Notes: generated from the sequence alone by a model not told the origin. A stretch of 64,000 bases of DNA from Candidatus Pacearchaeota archaeon (GCA_002688015.1 NZBT01000006.1:915-64914), one strand, 5' to 3'; positions 27,517-37,410 are shown, counted from the first letter of the stretch. Made by a program: numbers and translations.

Positions 27517-27783
27517 ATGGTAACAGTAAAAGGAAAAAATATTGAGAAGTTGAAGAAAGGAGATAAGTTAAAGATAGATGGGACTGAAATGGAAATTGAT
27601 GCCCATTATGTTATGATTGATCATGGGAAGACGAAGGAGATGGCTATAGAGTGCTTTGATCCTAAGAAAGATGAGGACTTTCAAATAAGGTATTTTAATG
27701 ATAATGTTGAACTCAGTTTGGAATTTTACAAGTTGGAAGAGATTGTTTATAATAAGATTGAAGTTAAGAAAATAGAATTTTAA
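27517..27783 (+). CDS. Hypothetical small beta-rich (SH3/KOW-like) protein
   Basis: IEKLKKGDKLKIDG pattern. Confidence 0.7.
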   Translation: MVTVKGKNIEKLKKGDKLKIDGTEMEIDAHYVMIDHGKTKEMAIECFDPKKDEDFQIRYFNDNVELSLEFYKLEEIVYNKIEVKKIEF

Positions 27784-27860
27784 AAGGAAAATAGTTAATT
27801 TGTTGTATCTGGAGAATTCTAATTAAGAAAGTTTATTAATTGTTTTTTGTAGATAATTGT

Positions 27861-28619
27861 ATGGGATTAAGAAGGTTTAGATTATTGGCTTTGTTTAGTT
27901 TAATTGTTTTGTTAGCTGTTGGAGTTTATGCGCTTGAGTTTCCTAATCCTGAGAATAAGTATGTTAATGATTTTTCTGGAATGTTTAGCGCTGAAGAGAG
28001 AGGAGAATTAATTGAGTTGTTGGAGAATGTGGACAGGGAGACGAGTGCGGAGATTGTTGTTGTTACACTTGAGAGTATTGATGGAGCAGATATTGGAGAT
28101 TATGCAATTCAATTAGGACAGAAATGGGGTGTTGGAAAGGCAGATAAAGATAATGGGTTTGTTGTGTTGTATGTTTCTGATTTGGGAAAGATATTCGCTG
28201 CTTCTGGATATGGAGTTGAAGGAATCTTACCAGATAGTAAGATTGGACGGCTTTTAGACGAAAATTATGTTCCTTTGAGAGATTCTGGGAATGTTAGTTT
28301 AGGAATAGTTGGGTTTGTTAAAGCAGTAAGTGAAGTAATGTTTGAAAATAAAGAAGAGATTTTATCTGGAGAAGCTGGAAGAAATAGTGCTGTAGAAATA
28401 ATTGGTGTTTTGTTTCCTATTTTGATTTGGATTTTGATTTTCTTCTTTATTTCTTATAATAATTATAAACGGCGTAAGAAAGATAAGAAATATCATAACA
28501 CACCATGGTGGCTTTTGTTCTTTATGCCTTCGAGAGGTCATGGAGGATTTGGAGGTGGTGGATTCGGCGGAGGTGGCTTCGGAGGCGGCGGTTTTGGAGG
28601 TGGGGGCGCTGGGAGATGA
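27861..28619 (+). CDS. TPM-domain (YgcG-like) membrane protein with Gly-rich tail
   Basis: YVNDFSG, EIVVVT, WGVGKADKDNG, GYGVEGILPD, GGFGGG repeats. TATA spacing gives start 27861. Confidence 0.95.
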   Translation: MGLRRFRLLALFSLIVLLAVGVYALEFPNPENKYVNDFSGMFSAEERGELIELLENVDRETSAEIVVVTLESIDGADIGDYAIQLGQKWGVGKADKDNGFVVLYVSDLGKIFAASGYGVEGILPDSKIGRLLDENYVPLRDSGNVSLGIVGFVKAVSEVMFENKEEILSGEAGRNSAVEIIGVLFPILIWILIFFFISYNNYKRRKKDKKYHNTPWWLLFFMPSRGHGGFGGGGFGGGGFGGGGFGGGGAGR

Positions 28620-28684
28620 GGGAGATTGAATTAGGAGATAGACAGGTTTTTAAATTGTGAAAGATAAGAATGAATAGAAACAGG

Positions 28685-29272
28685 ATGGCAAAATCAAATA
28701 GTAAGAAATGGTGGATTATTGGGATTGTTGTAGTTGTGTTGTTGTTCTTTATGATATTTATTGGAAAATATAATAGTTTTATTACATTAGAGCAGAATGT
28801 TGATTCTAAATGGAGTTCTGTTGAGAATCAGTATCAAAGACAAGCAGATTTGATTCCAAATCTTGTGAGTGTTGTTTCTAGTTCTGTAGGTGCAGAGACA
28901 GAGTTTGTTAAGGATGTTACTGCTGCAAGAACTGCATGGGCAAGTGCTGGAACGCAATTAGCTAAGGATAGGGCTGGAACACAAATGAATAATGGGATTA
29001 GTGCCTTTGTTAGTGCTGTTGCTGAAAATTATCCTGTATTACAAGCAAATAAACAGTATATTGCTTTGACTGATGAGCTAAGTGGGACGCAGAATAGGGT
29101 TGCTAATTCAAGAAGAGAATACATTGAAGCTATACAATTTTATAATACTGCAACGAAGAGATTTCCTGGAAATATAATTGCTGGAATGTTTGGATTTGAA
29201 GAGAAAGAGTATTATACTGCTGATGAAGGAAGTTTAGATACACCAACATTAGGAACTGGGCAGTTACCTTAA
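28685..29272 (+). CDS. lemA: LemA family protein
   Basis: YNSFITL, WSSVENQYQRQADLIPNLV, AENYPVLQAN, RFPGNIIAGMFGF. Start 28685 or 28670. Confidence 0.95.
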   Translation: MAKSNSKKWWIIGIVVVVLLFFMIFIGKYNSFITLEQNVDSKWSSVENQYQRQADLIPNLVSVVSSSVGAETEFVKDVTAARTAWASAGTQLAKDRAGTQMNNGISAFVSAVAENYPVLQANKQYIALTDELSGTQNRVANSRREYIEAIQFYNTATKRFPGNIIAGMFGFEEKEYYTADEGSLDTPTLGTGQLP

Positions 29273-29321
29273 TTTTTCTTGAAAAGATAAGACTTATTAA
29301 TTGTTGTTTTCTAAAGTATTT

Positions 29322-30653
29322 ATGGGAAAGGAAGAGTTAATTGAGGAGAAGGTGAAAGGGTATTTGTCTCGGATTAAAGCAGAAGACAAAAAGGTAAATG
29401 CTTTTTTAGAGCTCAATGGTGATGTTTTGAAGGAGGCTAGAAAGGTTGATTCTAAGAAGAAGAAAGGGAAACTTTTTGGTTTAGTTTTCGGCGTTAAGAG
29501 TAACATTAATGTTCTTGGTTTGAAGGCAAGTTGTGCATCAGAGACATTGAAGGATTATAAGAGTACATACGATGCTACTGTTATTAAAAAGATAAAAGAG
29601 GAAGATGGAATTATAATTGGAATGTTGAATTGTGATGAGTTTGCTTCTGGTGTTTCTGGGGAGAATTCAGCGTTTGGAGCTACTGATAATTCTGCAGCTC
29701 CTGGAAGGATTACGGGAGGATCAAGTAGTGGAAGTGCTGCAGCAGTTGCTGCTGGTTTTTGTGACCTTTCTCTCGGGAGTGATACAGGAGGAAGTATAAG
29801 GACCCCTGCAAGCCATTGTGGTGTTATTGGAGTAAAGCCTAGCTACGGGGCAGTTTCTAGGTATGGACTTATTGATTTATCTATGAGTTTAGATCAGATT
29901 GGAGTTTTGGGAAAGAATGTTGAGGATTGTGCTAATGTTCTGTCTGTCATTGCAGGAAAAGAGGATAGGGATACAAGCACAAGGGACTTTGGGAAATTGA
30001 AGATGGAGAACTATGGGAAGAAGAAAATAAAAATTGGAGTATTGAGGTTAAGAGGGACGGACAGCAAAATCCAGAAGGTAATTGATTCTAAGGTTAAGGA
30101 GATAGTGGAAAAGTTAGGATGGAATGTTGGAGAGATAGAGATTGAAAATATTGAGCTTGCTGTTGAAACGTATTATCCTTTGGTTTATGTTGAATTTTTT
30201 TCTGGAACGAGAAGGTTTGATGGGAGAAAGTATGGGAAGAAGATTGAGGATGTTTCTGGCAAAGAAGTATTAAGAAGAATTTTAGGAGGGAGTGAGATTT
30301 CGAAGGCAGAGTTTGCTGGGCAATATTATAGGAAAGCTTTAGGAGTTAAGAATTTGATTTCTTTGGAGTTTGAGAAAGCTTTCAAGAAATTTGATTGTGT
30401 TGTAAGTCCTGTTACGCCGGTTTTGCCTTGGAAGATTGGGCAAGGAGAGAAAATGTCTTTGGAGGAAATTTATGCAGCTGATGCTTTGACTTGTCCGAGT
30501 AATTTGGCAGGGATTTGTGCGATAAGTGTCCCTGCAGGTTTTGTAAAAGAGGGAAAAGAAGAGATTCCTGTTGGAATTCAAGTGATGTGTGGGAAAGGAG
30601 AGGATGGGAAACTTTTAGGTATTGCGAGAGAGATTGAAGGATTGAGCAGATAA
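29322..30653 (+). CDS. gatA: Amidotransferase subunit A (amidase signature)
   Basis: GVKSNI, GGSSSGSAAAVA, GSDTGGSIRTPAS, KPSYGAVSRYGL, VLRRILGG. Confidence 0.95.
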   Translation: MGKEELIEEKVKGYLSRIKAEDKKVNAFLELNGDVLKEARKVDSKKKKGKLFGLVFGVKSNINVLGLKASCASETLKDYKSTYDATVIKKIKEEDGIIIGMLNCDEFASGVSGENSAFGATDNSAAPGRITGGSSSGSAAAVAAGFCDLSLGSDTGGSIRTPASHCGVIGVKPSYGAVSRYGLIDLSMSLDQIGVLGKNVEDCANVLSVIAGKEDRDTSTRDFGKLKMENYGKKKIKIGVLRLRGTDSKIQKVIDSKVKEIVEKLGWNVGEIEIENIELAVETYYPLVYVEFFSGTRRFDGRKYGKKIEDVSGKEVLRRILGGSEISKAEFAGQYYRKALGVKNLISLEFEKAFKKFDCVVSPVTPVLPWKIGQGEKMSLEEIYAADALTCPSNLAGICAISVPAGFVKEGKEEIPVGIQVMCGKGEDGKLLGIAREIEGLSR

Positions 30654-30683
30654 GTTTAAATTCTGACGGCTTTTGAATTTATT

Positions 30684-31358
30684 ATGGTTGAAATTAAAGG
30701 AGTGAATCTTGAATTTTTAGGGCATTCTGGTTTTTTGATTGTAAATACAGTGGGGAAGAGGATAGCTATTGATCCTTATAATGTGAGTCAAGGGATAGAA
30801 CCAGTTGATTTTATTTTGATTACACATAGCCATTATGATCATTGTTCTATTAAAGATATAGAGATATTAAGTAAGCAGGGAACGGTTGTTGTTATTCCTG
30901 CTGATTCGCAAAGCAAGATTACTAAGGTAGATGGAATTAATATGGAAATAGTTGAGATTGGAGATGAGATTGAAATTGGGAATATGAAGATTGAGGCGAT
31001 GGCTGCTTATAATGTCAATAAAGATTTCCATTCTAAAAAAGAAGGTTGGTTAGGATATTTGATTAAAATGAAGGATGTTGTTATCTATCATTCTGGAGAT
31101 ACTGATCAAATTCCTGAAATGAAGAGATTGACAGGGCATGGAAAGCATGATAAGACCTTTGTAGCTTTACTTCCTGTGAGTGGGAAGTTTGTTATGGATG
31201 CCGAGGAAGCTGTTGAAGTTGCTTCTTTAATAAGTCCTGATTTATGTATTCCAATGCATTATGGGGCTGGTGTGGCAGGAACAATAGAAGATGCGAGGAA
31301 ATTTGTTGAAGAATGTAAGAATCTTGGATTGAAAGCGGAAATTCTTGATAAAATATAG
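30684..31358 (+). CDS. Metallo-beta-lactamase fold hydrolase
   Basis: LGHSGF, IDP, THSHYDH, YHSGDT, IPMHY. Confidence 0.93.
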   Translation: MVEIKGVNLEFLGHSGFLIVNTVGKRIAIDPYNVSQGIEPVDFILITHSHYDHCSIKDIEILSKQGTVVVIPADSQSKITKVDGINMEIVEIGDEIEIGNMKIEAMAAYNVNKDFHSKKEGWLGYLIKMKDVVIYHSGDTDQIPEMKRLTGHGKHDKTFVALLPVSGKFVMDAEEAVEVASLISPDLCIPMHYGAGVAGTIEDARKFVEECKNLGLKAEILDKI

Positions 31359-31398
31359 AAGATAAATGATTAAATAAGGATAATTTTATTTTATGAAT

Positions 31399-32241
31399 AT
31401 GGCAAAAAGCAGAACAAAAGAATATGATGGAAGATTTCAATGGGCTAAGTTTATTGCGGAAGATTATTTAAAAGATTTTTGTATGGGTGTTCTTTTAATA
31501 GGCAGTGTTTCTTATATGAGAGACAATCCTGAGGGATTGTCTTCTGAGGATGATATAGATTTAGTTGGAATTACTAATTTTTCAAGATTGAGAGAAGAGA
31601 ATGGCAAAAGGAGTTTTAAGAAGTTGTATGATAATCTAAGGCAAGAGGACAATGATAGAATATTACCGTTTGCTATTGGGGATAAGATTGATACATTTAG
31701 TTTACTTTGGCATATTCAAAAGTATGATGTGGGGCTTTATTTTTGGGATGAGGCCGCTTTTAATAATATCATATCAATACCAAATAATGGAGTGAGAGAA
31801 GAGCGTTACGAAAATAAACAAAATAGGCAGTTTTTTGGATTTGATTATGGGGAAGATTTTACTAATCAATCTTCGGTTAATCCTTACGGGACTAAGTTGG
31901 AGTTTTATGGGGGGGAGGAAATTGAAAATGGGAGAGTTCATGAGATATATCCTTATTTTGAAGATAAAAATGAAATTTATCTAGGGCCTCAGGCAATGAC
32001 TATGCTAATGAGACCGACGGTGTTGTATCAAAATAGATTTGATTTTGCAGGAGTGATATACGATTTTAATATGGGGCTGAGGGCAAGGTTGGTTGAAAAA
32101 TATGATGAATATGGGACGAGTAAGTGTTGTTTGTTAAATGTTCTACCAAAGCCATTGAGGAATAAAATTCCTGGAGATTTGAAGTCTGAGTTGGGGGGAA
32201 AAAATGTTAGTTTGGGAAAGGTTGTGAGGTGTGTTAGTTAA
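31399..32241 (+). CDS. Orphan Pol-beta-superfamily nucleotidyltransferase-like protein
   Basis: VLLIGSVSY...DDIDLV fits the hGS..DhD motif. Confidence 0.65.
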   Translation: MAKSRTKEYDGRFQWAKFIAEDYLKDFCMGVLLIGSVSYMRDNPEGLSSEDDIDLVGITNFSRLREENGKRSFKKLYDNLRQEDNDRILPFAIGDKIDTFSLLWHIQKYDVGLYFWDEAAFNNIISIPNNGVREERYENKQNRQFFGFDYGEDFTNQSSVNPYGTKLEFYGGEEIENGRVHEIYPYFEDKNEIYLGPQAMTMLMRPTVLYQNRFDFAGVIYDFNMGLRARLVEKYDEYGTSKCCLLNVLPKPLRNKIPGDLKSELGGKNVSLGKVVRCVS

Positions 32242-32272
32242 TGTTAAAAAGGAATGTTCTTTATCCTTGGTA

Positions 32273-33340
32273 ATGGAAATTGAAATACCTAAGATTGATT
32301 TTATTGTAGGGACTGAGAAGAGATTTCATGACTTTGTTGGAAGTTTGAATGAGAAAGATAAAGTTGCGATTGTTAGTCATACAGATTTAGATGGGATTGG
32401 TGCTGCAAAAGTAGCTAACGAAGTTTTGAATGCAGATGTTATAAAATTTGTAGGATATACTGATTTGACTCTTGATCTTGTAAATGAATTGAAAGAGAAA
32501 AAAGTGAGTAAAATCTTTGTTTTAGATTTGTATATAAAATTTCCTGAGTTTATTAAAGAATTAGAGAAGATTGCAGAAGTTTGTATAATAGATCATCATC
32601 AGATTACAGAAGATTGGAATTCTGATAGAATGGTGTTTTTGAACTCTGAAGGATATTGTGCTACTTATCTTTGTTATTATCTGTTTTCTAAAATACAGAG
32701 TTTGGAAAAATGGGATTGGCTTGTTGTTTCGGCTTGTATTTCTGATTGGATGTATTTTGAAAATCAAGAGTGGATGAAAAAAGTTTATGAAAAGTATGGT
32801 GAAGAATTCTATGGAGAAAGAAAAGATGATATTAAGAAGAGCAAGTTTTGGGATGTTCAGTGGGATTTGAGTTTGGCCATTGTTTATTTTAAGTCAGATT
32901 TAAATAATGTTTTTGAGAAGATTGAAGAAGGTAGTTGGAATGGTTTGGGTGAGCTTGAGAAGCATGTTTTAGAAGTTCAAAATTACATAAATGATTCTTT
33001 GGAGAGATTTGAAAAAGAAAGGGAAGAGATAAACGGAAGAATACTTTGGGAGTTTGAGCCGAGGTTTGAAGTTGGGAGCATATTATCTACCTTGTTAAGT
33101 GTAAAATATTGGACTAAAACTCTTCTTGTTTCTAGAAATAAAGAAAAGACTTATAATTTTTCTGCTAGAAGACAGGATAAGAAAGAGAATATGGATTTGT
33201 TGTTGAAAAAATTGACTAAAGGTTTAGAAGGTGGTGATGGGGGCGGTCATGTTCCTGCTGGGGGTGGGCATGTGAGGATTGAGGATAAAGAAGAATTCTT
33301 AAAAAGATTGAAAGAGTTGCCAGAGGAAGAGATCAATTAG
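32273..33340 (+). CDS. DHH/DHHA1 phosphoesterase (RecJ-like), second paralog
   Basis: HTDLDG, VLD, IIDHH, SAR, GGGHVPAGG. Confidence 0.92.
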   Translation: MEIEIPKIDFIVGTEKRFHDFVGSLNEKDKVAIVSHTDLDGIGAAKVANEVLNADVIKFVGYTDLTLDLVNELKEKKVSKIFVLDLYIKFPEFIKELEKIAEVCIIDHHQITEDWNSDRMVFLNSEGYCATYLCYYLFSKIQSLEKWDWLVVSACISDWMYFENQEWMKKVYEKYGEEFYGERKDDIKKSKFWDVQWDLSLAIVYFKSDLNNVFEKIEEGSWNGLGELEKHVLEVQNYINDSLERFEKEREEINGRILWEFEPRFEVGSILSTLLSVKYWTKTLLVSRNKEKTYNFSARRQDKKENMDLLLKKLTKGLEGGDGGGHVPAGGGHVRIEDKEEFLKRLKELPEEEIN

Positions 33341-33449
33341 TTAAACTTATAAAGTAATATTTTATTCTTTTATTATGGATTCAGTTAGAGCACATAGTTA
33401 ATTTGTGAATTCTTTAAAATAGTTAGCTCTAGCTTCTTTAAATTTTACA

Positions 33450-34469
33450 ATGGTTGATGAAAATAAAATTAATGAATTAAGCGAAGAAGAAAAAAAGCAA
33501 ATTGCTGAAAAGAATTTGCTTTTTGATAGCGAGGAGCCTGAGGGAATTAAAGTAGAGGGATATGATTTTTCCAAGGGAAATGATTTTGAGGGAATTGTGG
33601 ACAGTTTTGAAAGTACTGGCTTCCAAGCAAATCATTTGGGAAAGGCGATAAAGATTGTTAATAATATGATTAAGAATGAGGCATTCATATTTTTAGGATA
33701 TACAAGCAATATGGTTTCAAGTGGGAATAGAGATATTATTCGTTTTTTGGTACAGAACAAAAAAGTTGATGCTCTTGTTACGACTGCTGGAGGGATTGAA
33801 GAAGATATCATAAAGTGTATGGGAGATTTTGTAATTGGGGATTTTCGTGCCGATGGGGCTGAGTTGAGGAAGAGAGGAATTAATAGAACTGGAAATTTAT
33901 TTGTTCCTAATGAGAGATATATTAAATTTGAAGCTTTTATGGGAGAGTTGCTTGAGGAAGTTTGGAAGGAGCAGGAAAAGACAGGGAAGGTGATTAGTGG
34001 ATATGAGTTGATTTGGAAAATGGGGGAAAAGATTGGAGATGAGAGGAGCATATATTATTGGGCTTGGAAGAATAAAATTCCAGTTTATAGTCCTGCAGTG
34101 TTAGATGGTGCGTTAGGAGATGATGTTTATTTCTTTAAATTTCGGAGACAAGGGTTTAAGATTGATATAAGTGAAGACATAAAGATGTTTAATGATCTGA
34201 CAATTGGATTGAAGAAATCAGGAGCAATAATTTTAGGAGCAGGGAGTGTTAAGCATGCAATATTAAATGCAAACATGTTGAGGAATGGAGCTGATTATGC
34301 GGTGTATATTAATACAGCTCAGGAGTTTGATGGCTCTGATTCCGGAGCAATGCCTGAGGAAGCGAAGAGCTGGGGGAAATTGAATGCTAATACTGAAGAA
34401 GTGAAAGTTTTTGCTGATGCTACGATAGTTTTCCCACTTTTGGTTGGTAAAACGTTCGCGATGTCTTAA
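33450..34469 (+). CDS. dys: Deoxyhypusine synthase
   Basis: GYTSNMVSSG, TTAGGIEED, GINRTGN, DGSDSGA, EAKSWGK (catalytic Lys). Confidence 0.98.
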   Translation: MVDENKINELSEEEKKQIAEKNLLFDSEEPEGIKVEGYDFSKGNDFEGIVDSFESTGFQANHLGKAIKIVNNMIKNEAFIFLGYTSNMVSSGNRDIIRFLVQNKKVDALVTTAGGIEEDIIKCMGDFVIGDFRADGAELRKRGINRTGNLFVPNERYIKFEAFMGELLEEVWKEQEKTGKVISGYELIWKMGEKIGDERSIYYWAWKNKIPVYSPAVLDGALGDDVYFFKFRRQGFKIDISEDIKMFNDLTIGLKKSGAIILGAGSVKHAILNANMLRNGADYAVYINTAQEFDGSDSGAMPEEAKSWGKLNANTEEVKVFADATIVFPLLVGKTFAMS

Positions 34470-34571
34470 CTAGAACGTTGTTTTGGACCATAGTCAAATA
34501 TTTAAATGGGAAAAGATAGGTTTTTCCATGGATGTTTGTTTTAACAGCTGAAAGGAGGATAAAAAAAATTT

Positions 34572-35651
34572 ATGGTTTTAGATTTTGCAAAAGAGGCAAT
34601 CGATAATGTCGCTACTCACAGTATAAACTTTGATGAATTGAAAGCTGGAAAGGCTAACATTAAAGTTTTTGGTGTTGGAGGTGCAGGATGTAATGCAGTT
34701 ACGTGGCTTTTTAATAAAGGAATTACCGGAGCAGCAATCTATGGAGTTAATACAGATGCTTTGCATTTAAGTATTACAAAGGCTGACGAGAAAATTCTTA
34801 TTGGAAAAGAACTAACAAGAGGATTGGGTGCAGGAGGTAGACCTCAAGTTGGAAGAGAGGCTGCTAAGGAATCTCTTACTGAGCTTAAGAAATCAACAAG
34901 CAGTGCTGATATGGTGTTTGTTAATGTTGGGCTTGGAGGAGGAACTGGAACAGGGGCCGCTCCCGTTGTTGCTCAATTGGCTAAAGAGTCAGGAGCAATT
35001 GTTATTGCAGTTGCTACAATGCCGTTTGATTGTGAGAAAGCAAGACAAGATAAAGCTGAATTTGGTTTGCAAGAATTAACAGAAGTTGTGGATACGGCTA
35101 TTATAATTGATAATAATAGACTTGTTGATATAGCTGGAAATCTTCCTATGGAACAAGCTTTCGCAGTTGCTAATGAGCTGGTAAGTACAATGATTAAAGG
35201 TATAGTGGAAACTATTACTTTGCCTTCATTGATCAACTTAGACTATGCTGATGTTTCTGCGATAATGAAGAACGGGGAAGTTGCTGTTATTGGTGTAGGA
35301 GAGGCAGATACAACAGATAGAGTTGCTGAAGCTGTGAGACAGGCTTTGACACACCCTTTACTAGATGTTGATTATAAGGGTGCGACAGGAGCTTTGATAC
35401 ATATCACATGTGGACAGGACTTTAAACTAGAAGAGTTTTCAGGAGTTGGAGAACTTGTTACTGAGAACTTGAGCCCAGATGCACAAGTTATAATTGGAGC
35501 TAGGATTAACAAAGACTTTGCGAATAAAGTTAGAGTTATTACAATTATGACCGGAGTACAGAGTCCTTACATTCTTGGAAGAGGTGCCTTACACGAGGAA
35601 GAGCAAGCTAAGTCAGAAATGTCCGATTTGGGCATAGAAGTCTTTAGATAA
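34572..35651 (+). CDS. ftsZ: Cell division protein FtsZ
   Basis: GVGGAGCN, NTD, GLGGGTGTG, INLDYAD; SD aggagg upstream. Confidence 0.99.
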   Translation: MVLDFAKEAIDNVATHSINFDELKAGKANIKVFGVGGAGCNAVTWLFNKGITGAAIYGVNTDALHLSITKADEKILIGKELTRGLGAGGRPQVGREAAKESLTELKKSTSSADMVFVNVGLGGGTGTGAAPVVAQLAKESGAIVIAVATMPFDCEKARQDKAEFGLQELTEVVDTAIIIDNNRLVDIAGNLPMEQAFAVANELVSTMIKGIVETITLPSLINLDYADVSAIMKNGEVAVIGVGEADTTDRVAEAVRQALTHPLLDVDYKGATGALIHITCGQDFKLEEFSGVGELVTENLSPDAQVIIGARINKDFANKVRVITIMTGVQSPYILGRGALHEEEQAKSEMSDLGIEVFR

Positions 35652-35690
35652 TTTTTTTGGGGATTTAATTCTTTATCCTCTTCTTATTTT

Positions 35691-36269
35691 TTATTCACTA
35701 CGTAAAGCTTTTTCTTCAGGGGTTTCCTTAAAAATTGCTGGACGCTTATCATTTTCCCAAGTTTCCCAGTAGAGAACTGTTTCTAATTCTTTTTTCTTTG
35801 GTTTAGTTCTTTCTTTTGAAGAATAACCTGCTGGAATTACTGCTTCTATTTGAATATGTTGAGGAATTTCTAATACTTGTTTTAATAAATCATCTGAGTA
35901 AGAACCAACCCAACAGGAATCAATATTTAGATCTGTAAGTTTTAATTGTAATGTTGAGATTGCAGCTCCTGCCTGTTGTCTGGAATATACACGGCCGCGT
36001 TCTCCATAAATTCTTTCTAAATGAGAATCATCAGTACATACTAGAATTATTAAAGGGGATTCGGAGATCCATGTCTGTTGACAGTTTTTCGATATTTGTT
36101 TTATGGTATCAGGAGATTCAATGATTAAGAATTTTAGATTGTTGAAATTTCCCGCGAATGGACCTTGTAATGCTGAGGAAATCGCATCTAAGACTTTTCC
36201 AAATGGGACCTTTTTCTTCTTGAATCCACGAATAGATATTCTTTTTTCTATAACTTTGTCAATATCCAT
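35691..36269 (-). CDS. Nitroreductase family protein
   Basis: RISIRGF, PFAGN, GAAI..LQL....NIDSCWVG, IPAGY. Confidence 0.9.
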   Translation of the reverse strand: MDIDKVIEKRISIRGFKKKKVPFGKVLDAISSALQGPFAGNFNNLKFLIIESPDTIKQISKNCQQTWISESPLIILVCTDDSHLERIYGERGRVYSRQQAGAAISTLQLKLTDLNIDSCWVGSYSDDLLKQVLEIPQHIQIEAVIPAGYSSKERTKPKKKELETVLYWETWENDKRPAIFKETPEEKALRSE

Positions 36270-36303
36270 ATTTAGAGAAGTATTGAGTGATATAAAAAGT
36301 TTC

Positions 36304-37410
36304 TTATTGAGTTTTTATAATGCCCGCAGCAATGAGAATCTTTCCTTTGTAGAGAACTATTGATTGTCCGCTAGCAACTTCTTTTATTCCTTTGTTGAAA
36401 GTAAATGTGTACTTGGATTTTTCTTTTTTTAGTTTTCCAGGAATTAGAGATCCTAAGTGTCTAATTCTTGCTCTTAATCCTGTTTTTGAAAAGTTTTTTT
36501 TGTTGATAGGTTTTAAATTTTTTATAAATACTTTTTTTGTTAAAAGTAACGGAGATTTTTCAGGGACAACTATTAATGTGTTTCCTTTTTTCTTAGCAAT
36601 ATAGAGTTTTTTATTGTCTATTGAATTTCTATATTTATCATTTATTTCTATTCCTTTATTTGGACGAACACGTTCTCCTATTGTGAAATAAAACGCTCCT
36701 GGATGGGATCCTATTGTTTCTCCTTCCGGTGTTAATACTACTCCTAAAGATTTTTTTATTTTTTTCTTTAGGAAAGATTTGAAGTCAAGATCTCCTATAA
36801 AGCAGACTCCACGAGATCCTTGCTTATTCCAGTTTTTGAGTTTATGAGATTTTGCTATTTTTCTAACTTGGGATTTTGTTAGCTCTCCAAGAGGGAAGAT
36901 TGTATGAGAAAGGTCAGATTGTGTTAGTTCATGAAGGAAATAGGATTGATCTTTTGTTTTGTCTTTTCCGGAAAGGAGTTGAAATCCTTTAGAAGTTTTT
37001 TTGACTTGGGCGTAATGGCCTGTCGCTATGAAGTCTGCAGAGATTGATTTTGCGAATTTCCATAGTGCTGGAAATTTTATTAAATTGTTGCAGCAGACAT
37101 CTGGATTTGGTGTAAGGCCAGATTCATAAGATTTGAACATGGGCTCAATTACATCTTTTAGATATTGTTTTCTGTAATCTATGACTCTGAAGGGGATATT
37201 GAGTTTTTGACAGACACGTTCTGCAATTTCTTTATCTCCTTTGAATGGACAGATTGAATCGAGATAGGGCTCTGTGTCTGGATAATTTCTTAAGAAGATA
37301 CCTACAACTTTGTATCCTTGTTTTTTAAGAAGAAGGGCTGCTACGCTGGAATCGACGCCGCCTGACATTCCTAAGACAACTGTTTTCTTTGTAGGTTTGG
37401 AGTTTTGCAT
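36304..37410 (-). CDS. mnmA: tRNA 2-thiouridine(34) synthase MnmA, bacterial type
   Basis: MSGGVDSS, TPNPDVCCN, IATGHYA, KDQSYFL, SRGVCF, FTIGER, GQSIVLY. Confidence 0.96.
   Translation of the reverse strand: MQNSKPTKKTVVLGMSGGVDSSVAALLLKKQGYKVVGIFLRNYPDTEPYLDSICPFKGDKEIAERVCQKLNIPFRVIDYRKQYLKDVIEPMFKSYESGLTPNPDVCCNNLIKFPALWKFAKSISADFIATGHYAQVKKTSKGFQLLSGKDKTKDQSYFLHELTQSDLSHTIFPLGELTKSQVRKIAKSHKLKNWNKQGSRGVCFIGDLDFKSFLKKKIKKSLGVVLTPEGETIGSHPGAFYFTIGERVRPNKGIEINDKYRNSIDNKKLYIAKKKGNTLIVVPEKSPLLLTKKVFIKNLKPINKKNFSKTGLRARIRHLGSLIPGKLKKEKSKYTFTFNKGIKEVASGQSIVLYKGKILIAAGIIKTQ

Noticed and set aside
28544..28616. GC-rich GGFGGG repeat as a separate element
   Set aside because: It is the normal Gly-rich tail of TPM/YgcG proteins.
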